32,000 bases of DNA from Roseithermus sacchariphilus (lineage in GTDB: Bacteria; Bacteroidota; Rhodothermia; Rhodothermales; MEBIC09517), in NCBI GenBank assembly GCA_003285105.1, contig CP030158.1:2864664-2896663 (forward strand). The letters run 5' to 3'. Below are positions 29,491-32,000 of the stretch, piece after piece; positions within the stretch are counted from its first letter, which is position 1; every line of letters starts with the position of its first letter. A program made the position numbers and the translations under genes. The notes below the pieces were generated by a model. That model searched no databases. It was given only the letters and a program-made list of their open reading frames with translations, and was not told the origin of the DNA.

Positions 29491-30489
29491 ATGAGTGACA
29501 CATCCCCATCCCCGGCCCGCCCGAACGGCAGCGAGCCGCGCTCGCTGGAGGAACACCTCCACGAGCCGTCCACCGAAGCCGCCCTGCATCGCATCCTGGA
29601 CCGCATGGACCGCATCGAGCAGGCCCTGGCCCGGCTCACCGAAGCCGTCGACCAGGCCCCGGCCGTTGCCGCCACGATGGTGGATGTGGTCGATGACGTG
29701 GCCCGGGCGGCCGATGCCCGGGGCGTGGACCTGGACGAGCGCCTGCACGGCGTGCTGACGCTCGCCGAACGACTGACCGCCCCGAAGACCGTCGAGGTGC
29801 TGACAGGGCTGCTGGATCGGCTCGACCAGGTCGAGCAGTTGACGGCGTTGCTGGATCAGGCGCCGGGCTTCGCGGCCATGACGGTGGACATCGCCGACGA
29901 GGCGGCCCGCCGCGCCGCCGAGCGAGGCATCGACCTGGACGAGCGGCTGCACGGGGTGCTCGGCCTCGTCGAAAAGCTCTCCGCTCCCGAGACGGTGCGG
30001 GTGCTGTCTGCCCTGCTGGCGCGCGTCGGCGATCTCGAGCAGCTCCTGGCCCTGGCCGACCAGGCCCCCGGCTTCGTCGCCATGATGGTGGACGTGGCCG
30101 ACGAGTGGGCGGCGCGGGCGGCCGAGCGGGGCACGGACGTCGAGACGATGCTGCATGCGACGGCGGCGGCGGCGCGCCGGCTCACCGAGCTGGTCGGGTC
30201 CGCCGAGTTCCAGGCGCTGCTGGATTCCGGCGTGCTGGATCCGCGTGCGCTGGGTGTCGTGGGGACGGCCGGGCAGGCCCTGGTCCGCTGCCAGGAGGAA
30301 TGCCTCGAACGCCCCGAGCCGCCGAAGACCGGCCTGTTCGGCCTGCTGCGGGCCGCGCGCGAGCCCGAGATGCAACGCACCCTGGCGTTCCTGGTCCACT
30401 TCGGACGGTTCTTCGGCGAGGCCATGGCCGCGCATCACCGCCGCCACACCCTGCCACCCGCCGGCCCCACGAACGGCGCCGCCTCGTGA
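29491..30489 (+). CDS. DUF1641 domain protein with three N-terminal tandem helical repeats
   Basis: ACGGAGG lies 7 nt upstream of ATG 29491. The C-terminal block GLFGLLRAAREPEMQRTLAFLVHFGRFFG matches my memory of the DUF1641 signature. The N-terminal 3x repeat is listed separately. Confidence 0.75.
   Translation: MSDTSPSPARPNGSEPRSLEEHLHEPSTEAALHRILDRMDRIEQALARLTEAVDQAPAVAATMVDVVDDVARAADARGVDLDERLHGVLTLAERLTAPKTVEVLTGLLDRLDQVEQLTALLDQAPGFAAMTVDIADEAARRAAERGIDLDERLHGVLGLVEKLSAPETVRVLSALLARVGDLEQLLALADQAPGFVAMMVDVADEWAARAAERGTDVETMLHATAAAARRLTELVGSAEFQALLDSGVLDPRALGVVGTAGQALVRCQEECLERPEPPKTGLFGLLRAAREPEMQRTLAFLVHFGRFFGEAMAAHHRRHTLPPAGPTNGAAS
29596..30219 (+). repeat. three in-frame tandem repeats of about 204 nt (68-72 aa) inside the DUF1641 gene
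   Basis: Unit 1 is 29596-29811, unit 2 is 29812-30015 and unit 3 is 30016-30219. The DQAP anchors at 29650, 29854 and 30058 are exactly 204 nt apart. The shared pattern is L(D/A)R.D..EQL.AL.DQAPGF.AM.VD.ADE.ARRAAERG.DLDERLHGVL.L.EKL.AP.TV.VL..L. Confidence 0.85.
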
Positions 30490-30529
30490 TCTCATCAGCG
30501 CACCTGAACCCTCGAACGGAGGAGCTACC

Positions 30530-31750
30530 ATGCAAGTCCCAGCTTTCAAAGACCACTACCAGGTCCTCGTCGTCGGCGGGGGAGCCGCCGGCCTGACCGT
30601 CGCCGCCCAGCTGCTCAACCGCGAAGACCCGCCGGAGGTCGCCATCATCGAGCCCTCGGACAAACACTACTACCAGCCCATCTGGACGCTCGTCGGCGGT
30701 GGGGTGGTGCCGCGCGAGGAGTCCGAGCGCGACGAAGCCGACTACATCCCGCCGGGCGCCGTCTGGATCCAGGACGCCGTCACCGCCTTCGACCCGGAGG
30801 CCGGCACGGTGTCCACGCGCGACGGCCGGACGGTCGGCTACGACGTCCTCGTCGTCGCCCCCGGCATCCAGATCGACTGGAACAAGCTGCCCGGGCTGGC
30901 CGAGAACCTCGGCAAGAACGGGGTGTGCAGCAATTACTCGTACGAGCACGTCGAGTACACCTGGAAGACGATGCAGCGGCTCAAGCCGGGCGGGCGGGCG
31001 CTCTTCACGCAGCCGGCCACGCCGATCAAGTGCGGAGGGGCCCCACAGAAGATCATGTACCTCACCGCCGATCACCTGCGCCGTCGCGGCATCCTGAACG
31101 AGGTGGACGTGCAGTTCTTCACGCCCGGCGGCGTCGTCTTCGGCGTGCCCGAGTTCGCCCGGACGCTGGAGAAGGTGATCGAACGCTACGGCATCACCTT
31201 CAACCTGAAGCACGAGCTGATCGAGATCCGCGGTGACGCCCGCGAGGCCGTCTTCCGCGTCACCGACGCCGAGGGCGGAACCGAGGAGAAGGTGCTCTCC
31301 TTCGACATGCTCCACGTGACGCCGCCGCAGAGCGCGCCGGATTTCATCAAGCAGAGCAAGCTGGCCAACGAGGCGGGCTGGGTGGACGTGGACAAGTACA
31401 CGCTCCAGCACACCCGGTATCCCAACGTGTTTGCCCTGGGCGATGCGGCGGGCACCCCGAACGCGAAGACCGGCGCGGCCGTCCGGAAGCAGGCGCCGGT
31501 GGTCGTTCACAACCTCCTGGCCTACCTGCGGGAGCAGGCCATTCCCGATCCGAAGACCTACAACGGCTACGCCTCGTGCCCGCTGGTGACGGGCTACGGC
31601 AAGCTGGTCCTGGCCGAGTTCGACTACGACAACCGCCCCGATCCGTCCTTCCCGTTCGACACGACGCAGGAGCGCTACAGCATGTATGCGCTGAAGCGGT
31701 ACGCCCTGCCGCAGATGTACTGGCACGGCATGCTCCGCGGCCGCGCCTGA
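30530..31750 (+). CDS. sqr: sulfide:quinone oxidoreductase, type II (mitochondrial SQOR-like)
   Basis: FAD motif VLVVGGGAAGLTVA. Redox cysteines lie in PIKCGGAPQKIMYL (codon 31031-31033) and YASCPLVTGYGKLVLAEFDY (codon 31577-31579). The C-terminal FPFDTTQERYSMYALKRYALPQMYWHGMLRG closely parallels the human SQOR tail as I remember it. GGAGGAG lies upstream of ATG 30530. No signal peptide. Confidence 0.88.
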   Translation: MQVPAFKDHYQVLVVGGGAAGLTVAAQLLNREDPPEVAIIEPSDKHYYQPIWTLVGGGVVPREESERDEADYIPPGAVWIQDAVTAFDPEAGTVSTRDGRTVGYDVLVVAPGIQIDWNKLPGLAENLGKNGVCSNYSYEHVEYTWKTMQRLKPGGRALFTQPATPIKCGGAPQKIMYLTADHLRRRGILNEVDVQFFTPGGVVFGVPEFARTLEKVIERYGITFNLKHELIEIRGDAREAVFRVTDAEGGTEEKVLSFDMLHVTPPQSAPDFIKQSKLANEAGWVDVDKYTLQHTRYPNVFALGDAAGTPNAKTGAAVRKQAPVVVHNLLAYLREQAIPDPKTYNGYASCPLVTGYGKLVLAEFDYDNRPDPSFPFDTTQERYSMYALKRYALPQMYWHGMLRGRA

Positions 31751-31785
31751 GGCGCCGCCCCGGGGCGTTGGCCCTGCGTTCCGCC

Positions 31786-32000
31786 ATGCCTGCTCTGGAG
31801 GAAGCCATCGCCCGCAGCCGGGCCTACGACCAGCTGGCCGCGGCGTACCGGCACGGCCTGACCGACGCGCTGCGTCCGGTGCTGGCCGCCGTGCCCGACC
31901 TGGCCGGGGTGCTGCCCGAGCCGTTCGATGCGGACGAGGCGGCCGCCGCGCACTACCGGCTCTTCGGCCGCGACGTCCTCCCCTACGCCAGCGTCTTCCT
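31786..32000 (+). CDS. TorD/NarJ/DmsD-family redox-enzyme maturation chaperone, 3' end cut by window edge
   Basis: Not in the ORF track because there is no stop within the window. ATG 31786 lies 35 nt after the sqr stop. My translation is MPALEEAIARSRAYDQLAAAYRHGLTDALRPVLAAVPDLAGVLPEPFDADEAAAAHYRLFGRDVLPYASVF. High GC3, and HYRLFG...PYASVF resembles the family's E(Y)xxLF...PYxSvy signature. Confidence 0.6.
   Translation, partial: MPALEEAIARSRAYDQLAAAYRHGLTDALRPVLAAVPDLAGVLPEPFDADEAAAAHYRLFGRDVLPYASVF

Overview
High-GC bacterial chromosome segment, roughly two-thirds G+C by eye. Gene content and protein sequences remind me of a Rhodothermus-like member of Bacteroidota/Rhodothermota, but that is from memory and unverified. 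I support 30 protein-coding genes, one tRNA-Arg(CCG) with a classic intrinsic terminator, and several short intergenic repeats and palindromes. I saw no CRISPR array, IS element, integrase, rRNA or recognisable defence genes. Nt 1-24300 is mostly housekeeping: an ECF sigma/anti-sigma pair, cell-wall amidase, apt, ridA, an SDR, a rhodanese-like protein and mnmA. It continues with a ZapE/AFG1-like ATPase, two adjacent OmpR-type response regulators with no kinase, a large PIG-L/LmbE protein, an M42 peptidase and a DUF1080 protein. A second sigma factor, a CPBP protease, a DUF2007 protein, cdsA and mutL-tilS-hpt complete it. The stand-out is a co-oriented five-gene cluster at about 24.6-32.0 kb behind a 395-bp non-coding leader. 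It encodes a four-cluster ferredoxin fused to an 8-TM NrfD/PsrC-type quinone anchor, and a roughly 1000-aa molybdopterin (DMSO-reductase superfamily) catalytic subunit without a twin-arginine signal. It also encodes a DUF1641 protein preceded by three tandem 68-aa repeats, a mitochondrial-type (type II) sulfide:quinone oxidoreductase, and a TorD/NarJ-like chaperone cut by the window edge. I read this as a candidate cytoplasm-facing, quinone-linked sulfur-compound oxidoreductase module that does not match the archetypes I know (PsrABC, PhsABC, TtrBCA, SoeABC). Secondary observations are a sigma factor with an apparent duplicated region-4 domain, a TTTCAGAC motif shared by two promoter-proximal regions, a low-GC non-coding islet next to the tRNA, and several tandem repeats. 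All start codons were chosen by eye and all family calls rest on motif recognition, not searches.
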